Source: an uncultured candidatus Porisulfidus sp.
GTDB taxonomy: Bacteria; Pseudomonadota; Gammaproteobacteria; Poriferisulfidales; Poriferisulfidaceae
Assembly (NCBI GenBank): GCA_958431155.1
Contig: OY288106.1
Location: forward strand, 141,161 to 205,160
Reading direction: 5' to 3'
DNA: 64,000 nt
In this document: in pieces, positions 50,649-63,326 of the stretch
Numbering within the stretch: position 1 is the stretch's first letter
Layout of the letters: each line of letters starts with the position of its first letter
The notes under the pieces: generated by a model
Told to the model about the DNA's origin: nothing
Seen by the model: the letters and a program-made list of their open reading frames with translations, nothing else
The model's database searches: none
Translations under genes and position numbers: made by a program

Positions 50649-53192
50649 ATGGGCAAGGCCAGCCGGAGCAAGGCGGAACGGAGGCGCCTGAGGGAGGCCG
50701 AAGCGCAATCCGTCGCGGGGGGAGAGCCCGTAACGACGAGTCGCACGCCGCAGGGGCTGGCTTCGTTTTTCACGGCGCCCGGTCCGCCCAGCGATTTTCC
50801 GTACCATGCCGGGCTCGGCGTCCTATTGCTCGCCTTGCTGGTGGTGGCCAGTTACTACCCGGTGCTTCTGGCCGGATTCATCTGGGATGACGTCGCCTTC
50901 ACCGACGCACAGCCGGTTAGGGAATGGTCTGGAATCTGGGACATTTGGTTTCATCCGGAGTCGCTCGCGAAGGAAGGGCACTACTGGCCGGTCGTGTATA
51001 CGAGTTTCTGGCTGGAACATAAATTGTGGGGATTTGCGGCGGCTGGCTACCACGCGGTCAATATTCTGCTGCAACTGGTCAACACTCTGCTGGTGTGGCG
51101 GCTGATGCTGCGTCTGGCGGTGCCCGGCGCTTGGCTCATTGCTGCCGTGTTCGCCGTGCATCCGCTGCATGTCGAGTCGGTGGCCTGGATTATCGAGCGC
51201 AAAGATTTGCTTTCGGGCCTGTTTTACCTTTCGGCCGTTCTGGTCTGGTTGCGCTTCATGGACGAGCCGCGCCGGGGGCACTATTTCCTGGCGATGGGAC
51301 TGTTCGTGGCGAGTCTCCTCAGCAAGACCGTCACGGTGACTTTGCCTGCGGCGCTGCTGGTGTTGTACTGGTGGAAACGGGAGCGCGTGGCCATGGCGGA
51401 CGTGTTGCCGCTATTGCCGTTTTTTGTAGTGGGGTTCGCCATCACTCTGGGTGACATGTCGTACTACACCTCCCGGGAGATTTTGGATCTGGATTATTCA
51501 TTCATCGAGCGAGCGCATATTGCGGCGCAGGCCCTGTGGTTCTATGTGGGCAAGTTGCTGTGGCCGACCAACCTGATAGTCGTTTACCCGTTCTGGGAAG
51601 TCGGAGCCGCGAATCCAATTGGCTGGATGTATCTTGCTGCTGCCATTGCCTTGGTGGCAGTACTGTGGCTTGTGCGGGAGAGGATCGGTCGAGGACCGCT
51701 GGCCGCGACGCTGTTCTTCGGGGTGACGCTGTCGCCGGTGCTCGGCTTCGTGGACTACGGCTACATGCAGTTCTCCTTCGTCGCCGACCGTTTCCAGTAC
51801 CTGGCCGGCATCGGCGCGATGGCGGCGCTCATCGGAGCCGCGGTTCATGCGGCCGGGAGGCTGCCGGAAGCGGCAAGGAAAAGTGCTTTGGGCGCTGCCC
51901 TGCTCGGAATCGCCCTGTTGGCGGCGCTGTCTTGGAAGCAATCCCACATCTATCGGGATGAGATCGTCTTCTTCGAATACATCATCGCGCACAACCCGCA
52001 GGCACGGGATGCCCACCACAATCTCGGCAAGGCGCTGTATGAAGTCGGACGCATGGATGAGGCTCTTGTGGCCACCCGCGTTGCCGTGGAGCAGCGCCCG
52101 GATTTTGCGGGTGCCCACAACAACCTGGGTCTAGCGCTCAAGCATCATGGCGAACTGATCGGGGCGGAAAAAGCCTTCCGGCGCGGTCACAAGGCCGACC
52201 CGCGCGACAAGAAGATCCTTCAGAATCTAGGCGAGGTGATTCGATGGCAGGGCCGGCACGAGGAATCGCTGGATTGGTACGACGCCATCCTCAAACGCGA
52301 CCGGAACAACTCGCGAGCTTACGCGGGCAAGGGCAATGCCCTGTTCTCCCTGAAGCGGTACGACGAGGCCATCGTAAACCTGAAGAAGGCACTGTCCTTG
52401 GAGCCAGACATGCCGCAGGCGCCACTGCTCCATACCCTCATCGGCGATGCAGCACAGGAATTGGGTCAGTTCGAGGAAGCACGGCGACACTATGAGCATG
52501 CCCTGCAGATCGAACCGGGATTGGGCCAGGCGCATGCGAATCTGATCGGCATGCTGCTCGACCTGCAACGTCCCGCAGAGGTGGAGCGGCGTCTGCAGGT
52601 CGTCCGCGACCTGAGCGCGGACGATCCGGTCAACCTGCAGGGCGTGGCTGAACTATTCAGGAAACGGGAGCAGTACGAGCGGGCGCTTGAATGGTACGAC
52701 GCGGTATTTCGGATCGATCCCGACTACACTCAGGCTTATGCGGGCAAGGGCGAGGCCTTGTTCCGCCTGAATCGGCACGAGGAAGCGATCAAATCCTTGG
52801 GGCAGGCCGTCGCCCTGGAACCCGACATGCCGACCGTACCGACACTGCGCGTGCTTATGGGCGAGTCGGCTCAGGCTCTGGGCCGGATGGAAGAGGCGTC
52901 GGAACAGTACGATCGGGTCTTGGAGGCCGACCCGGACCACACGGGCGCGATTGACCGGCTCGCCATGGTGCGTTACGAGCAGGGACGCCTTGAGGAGGCG
53001 CTTGAACTCTACCGGCGGCACATCGGCATCGAACCCGGCAGCGCGAACGCCCATGCCAACCTCGGCGTCGTGCTGTACAGGATGGGGCGCTCCGAAGAGG
53101 CGCGCGAGGTCTTGGAACATGCGCTTTCCCTGGATCCAGCAACGGTCATGGCGCAGACCGTACTGGAACTGATTCGCAAGGAATCGAAATAG
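50649..53192 (+). CDS. TMTC-like protein: N-terminal DUF1736-type GT-C membrane domain fused to long TPR array
   Basis: 847 aa; FIWDD (first-loop DD), VHPLHVESVAWIIERKDLL motif characteristic of TMTC/DUF1736; >=9 TPR units in C-terminal 450 aa. Confidence 0.75.
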   Translation: MGKASRSKAERRRLREAEAQSVAGGEPVTTSRTPQGLASFFTAPGPPSDFPYHAGLGVLLLALLVVASYYPVLLAGFIWDDVAFTDAQPVREWSGIWDIWFHPESLAKEGHYWPVVYTSFWLEHKLWGFAAAGYHAVNILLQLVNTLLVWRLMLRLAVPGAWLIAAVFAVHPLHVESVAWIIERKDLLSGLFYLSAVLVWLRFMDEPRRGHYFLAMGLFVASLLSKTVTVTLPAALLVLYWWKRERVAMADVLPLLPFFVVGFAITLGDMSYYTSREILDLDYSFIERAHIAAQALWFYVGKLLWPTNLIVVYPFWEVGAANPIGWMYLAAAIALVAVLWLVRERIGRGPLAATLFFGVTLSPVLGFVDYGYMQFSFVADRFQYLAGIGAMAALIGAAVHAAGRLPEAARKSALGAALLGIALLAALSWKQSHIYRDEIVFFEYIIAHNPQARDAHHNLGKALYEVGRMDEALVATRVAVEQRPDFAGAHNNLGLALKHHGELIGAEKAFRRGHKADPRDKKILQNLGEVIRWQGRHEESLDWYDAILKRDRNNSRAYAGKGNALFSLKRYDEAIVNLKKALSLEPDMPQAPLLHTLIGDAAQELGQFEEARRHYEHALQIEPGLGQAHANLIGMLLDLQRPAEVERRLQVVRDLSADDPVNLQGVAELFRKREQYERALEWYDAVFRIDPDYTQAYAGKGEALFRLNRHEEAIKSLGQAVALEPDMPTVPTLRVLMGESAQALGRMEEASEQYDRVLEADPDHTGAIDRLAMVRYEQGRLEEALELYRRHIGIEPGSANAHANLGVVLYRMGRSEEAREVLEHALSLDPATVMAQTVLELIRKESK

Positions 53193-53221
53193 CGTAGAGG
53201 GGTGCGCCGGGGCGTGTCCCT

Positions 53222-53249
53222 TTGAAATTGACCGCTCGAACCCCCAATT
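53222..53249 (+). promoter_or_regulatory. sigma-32-type heat-shock promoter candidate for clpB (TTGAAA-N14-CCCCAATT), -10 embedded in inverted repeat CGAACCCC-N11-GGGGTTCG
   Basis: Close match to sigma-32 consensus 30 nt upstream of clpB ATG. Confidence 0.55.
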
Positions 53250-53279
53250 TAACAAGGGGTTCGACGAACGATTGACGAC

Positions 53280-55839
<2,560 letters not shown>

Positions 55840-55853
<14 letters not shown>

Positions 55854-57558
55854 TCCGTTCGCCCAAAAACTCGGCTAATCCGTTGATCGGTACTTCTTCC
55901 GACTCATCGCGACCGCGGCGATGCCGGTATTCAAGTTTCTCCTGTTCGAGCGTGCGCGGGCTGATTACCACCCGGTGTGGGATGCCGAGGAGGTCGGCTT
56001 CGGCGAACATGACGCCCGGGCGAAGGCCGCGGTCGTCGAGCAGGGTCTCGATGCCGAGTTCCCGGCATTGCCGGTACAGGATTTCGGCGACGTCGCGGAC
56101 CGCCGCGTCGCGGTCGGCGCCGATCGGGCACAGCAGGACGGAGAACGGCGCCATCGCGTCCGGCCAGATGATGCCGTGTTCATCATGGTTCTGCTCGATG
56201 GCGGCGGCCACGATACGGGTGATGCCGATGCCGTAGCAGCCCATCGTCACGATCCGTTGCTTGCCGTCGGGGTCCAGCACCGTGCAGTCCATGGCCTGGC
56301 TGTACTTGTCGCCGAGCTGGAAGATGTGCCCGACCTCGATGCCCCGCGCACTGCGCACGGGGCCGCTGCCGTCCGGGCTCGGCTCCCCGTCTTCCAGGTT
56401 TCGGATGTCGCAGACCTGGTCCGGGTTCGCGTCACGCCCCCAGTTGACCCCGGTGCAGTGCACGCCCTCCCGGTTGGCGCCGCATACGAAGTCCGAGAGT
56501 ACGGCGGCGCTGGCGTCGACGTAGAGGGGCAGGTCAAGATCGACGGGCCCCAGCGAGCCGACCGGACAACCGAGCTTCTCGCGGACTTCCGCCTCGTCGG
56601 CAAAGTACAACGGGCTTCGGATGCCGTCGAGTTTGGCGGCCTTGGCCGCATTCAGGCGATGGTCGCCTCGCAGGATCAGCGCGACCAGCGACGAATCCTC
56701 CTCGCCCCGGACGATCAGGGTCTTGACCGATTGTTCGGGCGGCGTGCCGAGGAACCGCGAGACCTCTTCGATGGTGTGCTGGCCGGGGGTATCCACCTCT
56801 ATAATCTCCTGGGTCGGCGCGGGACGCGGGGATTGCGGCGCCGGGGCGGGCGCCTGCTCCACGTTGGCCGCGTAGTCCGACTGCTCCGAGTACACGATCT
56901 CGTCCTCGCCCGAATCCGCCAGCACATGGAACTCGTGCGACAGGGCGCCGCCGATCGCGCCGGAGTCGGCCCGCACGTAGCGGTAGTCGAGCCCCAGGCG
57001 GTCGAAGATCCGGCAATAGGCGAGGCGCATGGCCTCGTAGGTCTCGTCCAGGCTGGCCGAGTCGAGGTGGAAGGAGTAGGCGTCCTTCATCACGAATTCG
57101 CGGGCCCGCATCACCCCGAAGCGGGGGCGGATCTCGTCCCGGAACTTGGTCTGGATCTGGTAGTAGTTCACCGGCAGCTGGCGGTAGCTCTTGAGCTCGC
57201 GCCGGGCGATGTCGGTGATCACCTCTTCGTGGGTCGGGCCGAAGCAGAATTCCCGCTGGTGGCGATCGGCGAGGCGCAGCAGTTCCGGTCCGTACTGCTC
57301 CCAACGCCCGGATTCGCGCCACAATTCGGCCGGCTGCACGGCCGGCATCAGCAGCTCCACGGCACCGCTGCGGTCCATCTCCTCGCGCACGATGGTCTCG
57401 ACCTTGCGCACGACCTTCAGGCCGAGCGGCATCCAGTTGTACAGCCCGGCGGCCAGCATCCGGATGAGACCGGCACGCAGCATCAACTGGTGGCTCACGA
57501 CCTCGGCGTCGGCCGGAGTTTCCTTGAGCGTGGTCAGGGGCAGTCGGGACAGGCGCAT
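55840..57558 (-). CDS. proS: proline--tRNA ligase
   Basis: 572 aa; class II aaRS motifs and INS editing domain; internal Met start MRLSRLPL. Confidence 0.93.
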
Positions 57559-57677
57559 GATCGGATAGGCCGGGCGCGCCCATCTTACAAAAATCCGATT
57601 CTCCGGCCCTCGGCACGACACGCCCGAGCAATGTTCGCGGTGTATACTTGCACAAGTTCCATGAGCGCGCATCCGCG

Positions 57678-58589
57678 ATGTCCGACCGGCGCCTGAAAGC
57701 CTTCTACACGGTGGCCCGGCTGCTGAGTTTCACCAAGGCGGCCAAAGTCCTGCACCTGACCCAGCCGGCGGTGACGTTCCAGATCCGGCAGCTGGAAAAT
57801 TACTACAAGACGCGCCTGTTCGATCGGACGCACAACCGCATCACGCTGACCGAATCCGGCGCCAAGGTATACGAATACGCGCGCCAGATCTTCGATCTGT
57901 ACAACGAGCTGGAGACCGAGATGAGCCGCATCGCCGGCGACTTCACCGGCCCGGTCACGGTCGGTGCCAGCAACACCATCGCGGTGTACATGCTGCCGCG
58001 CATGCTGCGCGAGTTCCGAGCGCAACACCCGGAGATGGTGCTGCGCCTGAAGGTCTCCAACACCGAAGGGGTGGTGGCGATGGTGGAGGGCGGCAGGGCC
58101 GACCTCGGCATCGTGGAGGGGCCGGTGAACAGCAAGACCCTGCAGGTGGAGATGTGCAAGATGGACGAACTGGTGGCGATCGCCCCGCCCAAGCACCCGC
58201 TCCTGCATAGCGCGCCGGTACGCATCAGCCAGGTACTGCAGCACCCGTTCATCATGCGCGAGGAAGGCTCCGGGACCCGCGAGGTCATCATGAACTACCT
58301 GCAGAACCAGCGCATCGGGGCCGACCGCATCGACATTGTGATGGAGCTCGGCGGCCTCGAAGCGATAAAGGCCGCGGTCGAGTCCGGCATGGGCGTGTCG
58401 GTCCTCTCGCGCGAGACCATCCACAAGGAGTTGCAACTGCATACCTTGGGCTGCGCCTCCCTGACTCCGGCACTGACCCGCAAGCTGTCGCTGGTCACCC
58501 TGCGCCAGACGCATCGTCCCCCGACGGTGGAGGCGCTGCGCGACTTCGCCATGGACTTCTCCGCCGCCGCGCCGGAGGAGGCCGCATGA
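57678..58589 (+). CDS. LysR-family transcriptional regulator
   Basis: 303 aa; N-terminal [26 protein letters not shown]; divergent from proS. Confidence 0.88.
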   Translation: MSDRRLKAFYTVARLLSFTKAAKVLHLTQPAVTFQIRQLENYYKTRLFDRTHNRITLTESGAKVYEYARQIFDLYNELETEMSRIAGDFTGPVTVGASNTIAVYMLPRMLREFRAQHPEMVLRLKVSNTEGVVAMVEGGRADLGIVEGPVNSKTLQVEMCKMDELVAIAPPKHPLLHSAPVRISQVLQHPFIMREEGSGTREVIMNYLQNQRIGADRIDIVMELGGLEAIKAAVESGMGVSVLSRETIHKELQLHTLGCASLTPALTRKLSLVTLRQTHRPPTVEALRDFAMDFSAAAPEEAA

Positions 58590-59641
58590 TCGAGTTTCTC
58601 CGGGAGTGGTACGGGCGGCATTTCACGGACCCGCAGCAAATCATCCTGCTGCTGCTGATTGCGCTGGGGCTGGTGCTGGCCGTGTTCGCTGGCGACATCC
58701 TGGCGCCGCTTGTGGTCAGCATATTACTGGCCTACATCCTGGAGGGGCTGATCCGCGGGTTGGAGGGGGCGCGAGTTCCGCGGTTGTTCGCGTTCTTGCT
58801 GGTCTACGTCCTGTTCGTGACCGGCCTGCTGCTGGCGCTGCTGCGCCTGGTGCCGGTGCTGTCGGAACAGGTGGTCGATCTGGCGGCGCGGTTGCCGAGC
58901 ATGCTGGCGGCCGGGCAGCGCTGGGTGGAGGCGCTTCCGGAACTCTACCCGGAACTGGTCAACCCGACCCAGGTGGAACAGATCCTGGCGGCAGTGCGCA
59001 CGGAGGTGCTGGCATTCGGCGAGGAAGTCATCCGCTTTTCGCTGGACACGGTGGTGGACGTGCTGTCGGTGGTGGTGTACGCGGTCGTCGTGCCGATCCT
59101 GGTGTTTTTCCTGCTCAAGGACAAGCGGCGCATCCTGGACTGGGCGAAGACCTACCTGCCGGCCCCCCAGTCGCTCAGTTCCCAGGTGTGGAATGAAATG
59201 GACCTGAAGGTGTCCCAGTACCTTCGCGGCAAGCTGATCGAGATCGGGGTGGTCTGGGTCGTGACGTTCTTCGCGTTTGCGCTGTTCGGCCTACAGTACG
59301 CGTTGCTGCTGTCGTTTTTGGTCGGGTTGTCGGTAATCATCCCGTACGTCGGCGCGGTGGTGGTGACGGTGCCAGTCCTGCTAGTCGGCGCCTTTCAGTG
59401 GGGCCTGAGCCCGGAGTTCGCCTACCTGATGCTGACCTACCTGGTGATTCAGTTCCTGGACGGAAACCTGCTGGTGCCGCTGCTGTTCTCGGAGGCGGTG
59501 GACCTCCACCCGGCCGCCATCCTGACCGCAATCCTGGTGTTCGGAGGACTCTGGGGGGTATGGGGCGTGCTGTTCGCCATTCCCTTGGCGTCGCTGATCG
59601 ACGTGGTGCTGCGCAGTTGGCCGCGTTCCTCGCCGGGCTAG
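58586..59641 (+). CDS. AI-2E family transporter (PerM/YhhT-like, UPF0118)
   Basis: 351 aa, 8 TM; ATGA overlap with LysR gene. Confidence 0.8.
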   Translation: MIEFLREWYGRHFTDPQQIILLLLIALGLVLAVFAGDILAPLVVSILLAYILEGLIRGLEGARVPRLFAFLLVYVLFVTGLLLALLRLVPVLSEQVVDLAARLPSMLAAGQRWVEALPELYPELVNPTQVEQILAAVRTEVLAFGEEVIRFSLDTVVDVLSVVVYAVVVPILVFFLLKDKRRILDWAKTYLPAPQSLSSQVWNEMDLKVSQYLRGKLIEIGVVWVVTFFAFALFGLQYALLLSFLVGLSVIIPYVGAVVVTVPVLLVGAFQWGLSPEFAYLMLTYLVIQFLDGNLLVPLLFSEAVDLHPAAILTAILVFGGLWGVWGVLFAIPLASLIDVVLRSWPRSSPG

Positions 59642-59647
59642 GGGGGA

Positions 59648-60130
59648 TCAGCTTTTCCCGAGGGCGGCGACCGCCGCCAGGACCTCCGCCGCATGCTCGG
59701 GCACCCGGACCTTGCGCCAGACACGGCGCACGACGCCTTCCGGATCGATCAGGAACGTGCTGCGCTCGATGCCGCGGACCTTGCGTCCGTACATGTTCTT
59801 CATCTTGATGACGCCGTAGCGCTTGCAGGCGACCTCGTCGGGGTCGGAGAGGAGTTGGAACGGGAACTTGTGCTTGGCCTTGAAGTTCTCGTGCACCTTG
59901 AGCGTGTCGCGGGAGATGCCGAGGATGACGGCCCGGCGCCAGCGGAAGCGCGGGTACAGATCGCGGAAGTCCTGACCCTCGGCGGTGCAGCCGGGCGTGT
60001 TGTCCTTGGGGTAGAAATAGACCACCACGGGGCGGCCTTGGAGTTCGGATAGACGCAGGGGCTTGCCACCTGTCGCCGTCAGATCAAAGTCTGGCGCCTT
60101 GCTCCCTTCCGCGATCGGCTTCCGCGCCAT
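59648..60130 (-). CDS. bcp: thiol peroxidase Bcp (peroxiredoxin)
   Basis: 160 aa; FYPKDNTPGCTAE peroxidatic Cys motif. Confidence 0.92.
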   Translation of the reverse strand: MARKPIAEGSKAPDFDLTATGGKPLRLSELQGRPVVVYFYPKDNTPGCTAEGQDFRDLYPRFRWRRAVILGISRDTLKVHENFKAKHKFPFQLLSDPDEVACKRYGVIKMKNMYGRKVRGIERSTFLIDPEGVVRRVWRKVRVPEHAAEVLAAVAALGKS

Positions 60131-60267
60131 ATTCTGTGCATGACTCCAGAAAAGGGGCTTCAAGCATATCACATTCGGGCATGTGTCTTGGCCGGGGCCG
60201 GGGACGATGCGCGGCAGGTCCGAGCAGGGTTTGTTAAACTGGCACCGGCGTATCCACCGACTCTCGA

Positions 60268-61152
60268 ATGACCCGTTTTCAAGGCAGCATGGTTGCCATG
60301 GCGACTCCCATGAGCGTATCAGGGGAGGTGGACTATGCGGCGCTGTCCACGCTGGTGGACTTTCATCTGGAACAGGGCAGCGACGCGCTGGTCCCGGTCG
60401 GCACGACGGGGGAATCGGCCACCCTGAGCATCGCCGAGCACCATGAGGTGATCCGCCACGTGGTGGATCAGGTGAGAGGACGGGTTCCGGTCATCGCGGG
60501 CACCGGTGCCAACGCCACCACCGAGGCCATCGAACTGACCCGTTATGCGCAGGAGGCCGGAGCCGACGCCTGCCTGTTGGTGACCCCGTATTACAACAAG
60601 CCGACCCAAGAGGGCCTGTACCGGCATTACCGGGCCATTGCCAGGGCTGTGGCGATCCCGCAGATCCTGTACAACGTCCCGGGTCGGACGGCCTGCGACA
60701 TGCTGCCGGAGACGGTGGCGCGGTTGGTCGAACTGGAACCGATCATCGGCATCAAGGAGGCGACCGGCGACCTGGAACGGATTCGTCGCCTGCGCGAGTT
60801 ATGCGGCGATGCGTTCATAATCATCAGCGGAGACGACGAGACATCCATGGAAACCTTAATGAATGGAGGGCGGGGAGTCATCACGGTGACGGGCAACGTG
60901 GCCCCCAGGTTGATGCACGAGATGTGCCAGGCGGCGCTGGCCGGCGACGACCAGACGGCGCGGGCCTGCGACCAGAAGCTGGAGCTCCTCCACCGGGACC
61001 TGTTTGTCGAATCGAACCCGATCCCGGTGAAATGGTGTCTGCACCGGATGGGGCTGATCCCGGAAGGGATTCGCCTGCCGCTGACTCCGCTCTCGGAGGC
61101 GCACCACGAGACCCTGGATGCCGCCATGCGCGCGGCGGGGGTGCTGGCGTGA
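60268..61152 (+). CDS. dapA: 4-hydroxy-tetrahydrodipicolinate synthase
   Basis: 294 aa; GTTGES and catalytic Lys region (IIGIKEATGD). Confidence 0.95.
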   Translation: MTRFQGSMVAMATPMSVSGEVDYAALSTLVDFHLEQGSDALVPVGTTGESATLSIAEHHEVIRHVVDQVRGRVPVIAGTGANATTEAIELTRYAQEAGADACLLVTPYYNKPTQEGLYRHYRAIARAVAIPQILYNVPGRTACDMLPETVARLVELEPIIGIKEATGDLERIRRLRELCGDAFIIISGDDETSMETLMNGGRGVITVTGNVAPRLMHEMCQAALAGDDQTARACDQKLELLHRDLFVESNPIPVKWCLHRMGLIPEGIRLPLTPLSEAHHETLDAAMRAAGVLA

Positions 61153-62240
61153 GACGCTGGCTGTGGGCGGGCTGCCTGGCGGGCACGCTTGCGGGCTGCG
61201 GGGACGAGCCCCTGACCGTCGAGGAGTTGGTTGGCGAGGCGGCGGACGTATTCGAATCCGACTGGTTCGGGGACGAGGAAGAATACGGTGCCAGCCAGTC
61301 GACCGAGGCGCTCAGGGTGCCGCCGCAGTTGAGCCTGCCGGACACCAGTGGGCAACTGCTCATCCCGGAGTTTGGCGGAGTCAGTGCAAAGAAAACGAGC
61401 CGGGGCGCGGCCGCGGTGCTGCCGGGTTTTCTGGAGATGAAGGTACGCCGGGAAGGCAACGTGCGATGGCTCGAGGTGGGCGCGGACCCGGTCACCCTGT
61501 GGCCGCACTTGCGCGCGTTCTGGGAAGACCAGGGATTCGAACTGGTCCAGGAGGCGCCGCTGATCGGCATCCTGGAGACGCAGTGGCGCGAGAAGGCGGA
61601 CGATGTCCGGGGCATGCAATCGGAATCCGGGACTCCGTACTATGCGGCGTCGCGCGAAAAATTCCGGCTGCGCATGGAGCGTGAGCCGAACGCCTACGCC
61701 AACCTGTTCATCACGCGGCAGAAGCTGGAGGTGGCGGGCGTGGACGCCAACGACGCGGTGATCTGGAAGGCCGGGCGGCCGGATCCGGACCGCGAGGCCG
61801 AAATGCTGGTCCGCCTGATGGAGTATCTGGGTGCTTCGAGGATGGAAGGCGTCGCCACTCTGGAAGAAGAGGAGGTGGAAGCCACCGTCGGCCTCGACCT
61901 GCAGTACATCGGTGGCATTCCGGTGCTGATGGTGGAGGACGAATACAGCAGCGTGTGGCGCCAGGTCGGCGTCGCCCTGGAACGGACGGGACTGTACGTG
62001 GTCGATTCGGACCGCGACCAGGGGACCTACGTGTTCCGCTACGGGGAGCGGGCCGCCACTGGCGGAAAAGGCATCCTGCTGGAAGTGCACCTGCTGGCGC
62101 GCGAGGAGGACCTGACGTTGCTGACGGTGCACCGTCACAAATCGAAGCAACCCGCGGGCAAGGAGTTGACCCGCAACGTGCTGCGCGCGGTCCTGGCCGC
62201 ATACGCGCTGGTGCCCCGGGCCACGGCCCAGTCGGAATAG
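61149..62240 (+). CDS. bamC: outer membrane protein assembly factor BamC (lipoprotein), GTG start
   Basis: Lipobox LAGC; conserved dapA-bamC pairing; 4-nt overlap with dapA stop. Confidence 0.8.
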   Translation: MRRWLWAGCLAGTLAGCGDEPLTVEELVGEAADVFESDWFGDEEEYGASQSTEALRVPPQLSLPDTSGQLLIPEFGGVSAKKTSRGAAAVLPGFLEMKVRREGNVRWLEVGADPVTLWPHLRAFWEDQGFELVQEAPLIGILETQWREKADDVRGMQSESGTPYYAASREKFRLRMEREPNAYANLFITRQKLEVAGVDANDAVIWKAGRPDPDREAEMLVRLMEYLGASRMEGVATLEEEEVEATVGLDLQYIGGIPVLMVEDEYSSVWRQVGVALERTGLYVVDSDRDQGTYVFRYGERAATGGKGILLEVHLLAREEDLTLLTVHRHKSKQPAGKELTRNVLRAVLAAYALVPRATAQSE

Positions 62241-62277
62241 TCTAAAAGCGGTGTGAGGCCGCGGAGGCAGTCCGCGG

Positions 62278-63174
62278 TCAGTCGTCCTTGTCTTGCGGCG
62301 TGATGCCGGACTGCATCCGGGACATGGCGAGGTAGGTGATGTTGTCGCGCCGCGAGACGACGTCCCGGGACTTGTCCTTCTCGATGCAGGCGTAGGCCGA
62401 GTGGTTATGGATGGACTCGAAGTTCTCCGACTCCACCTTGTAGGCCCGGACCCGGTCGTCCTCGTTGAGCCGCATGGCGAGGTCGCGGACCATGTCTTCC
62501 ACGAACTTGGGGTTGTCGTAGGCACGCTCGGTGACGTACTTCTCGTCCGGACGCTTGAGCAGCCCGAACAGTTCACAGGACGCCTCGCCCTCGGCCATCT
62601 CGATCAGGTCCTCGATCCAGACCGGCCGGACCAGAGTCACGGTGAGCGTGATGCGGGAGCGCTGGTTGTGTGCGCCGTAGTCCGAGATGCTCTTGGAGCA
62701 GGGACACAGGCTGGTGACCGGGATCGCGATGGACGCGGTCAGGCGCATGTCGCCGCGGTTGAAGTGCCCGCGCAGGCGAATCTGGTAGTCCAGGTAGCTG
62801 CGCACGCCGGACACCGGGGCGGCCTTGTTCATGAAGAACGGGAAGGCCATGTCGATGAAGCCTTCCTCCGCGTCGAGCCGCGTCGCCATGCTGCGCAGCA
62901 AGCCCCCGAAGCTTTCCAACGAGATCGCTTTCTTGTGGTCCTGCAGGACATGCACGAAACGGGACATGTGCGTGCCCTTGACCTCCGGCGGCAGGTTGAC
63001 CGTCATGGTCAGGCGCGCGACCGTGGACTGCGGCGTGCCGCTGCGGTCGACGAACTCGATCGGGTGCAGGATGTCCTTGATGCCGACCTGGTTGATGGGG
63101 ATCGCCCGGGTGTCCGCCGAGCTTTGCTCGTCGTGCAGGTTCTCGCTGTGCTGGAGGGGGTCGGAGGAAGCCAT
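62278..63174 (-). CDS. folE2: GTP cyclohydrolase FolE2 (type IB)
   Basis: 298 aa; GTHMSRF, CPCS metal-site motifs of FolE2/MptA family. Confidence 0.9.
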   Translation of the reverse strand: MASSDPLQHSENLHDEQSSADTRAIPINQVGIKDILHPIEFVDRSGTPQSTVARLTMTVNLPPEVKGTHMSRFVHVLQDHKKAISLESFGGLLRSMATRLDAEEGFIDMAFPFFMNKAAPVSGVRSYLDYQIRLRGHFNRGDMRLTASIAIPVTSLCPCSKSISDYGAHNQRSRITLTVTLVRPVWIEDLIEMAEGEASCELFGLLKRPDEKYVTERAYDNPKFVEDMVRDLAMRLNEDDRVRAYKVESENFESIHNHSAYACIEKDKSRDVVSRRDNITYLAMSRMQSGITPQDKDD

Positions 63175-63326
63175 CCGGATCTACGTTCCTTGTTTGCCAA
63201 GTCCGCCCATATTACTCTGGAACCGGCAGCGGGGCAAATAGCGCGGATTCCGCATCCCGAGGCTCCGCAGGGGAGACCCGGTGGGCGATAATAGGAGGGT
63301 TCCGGAATTAAACCCGCCCCGGCCCC

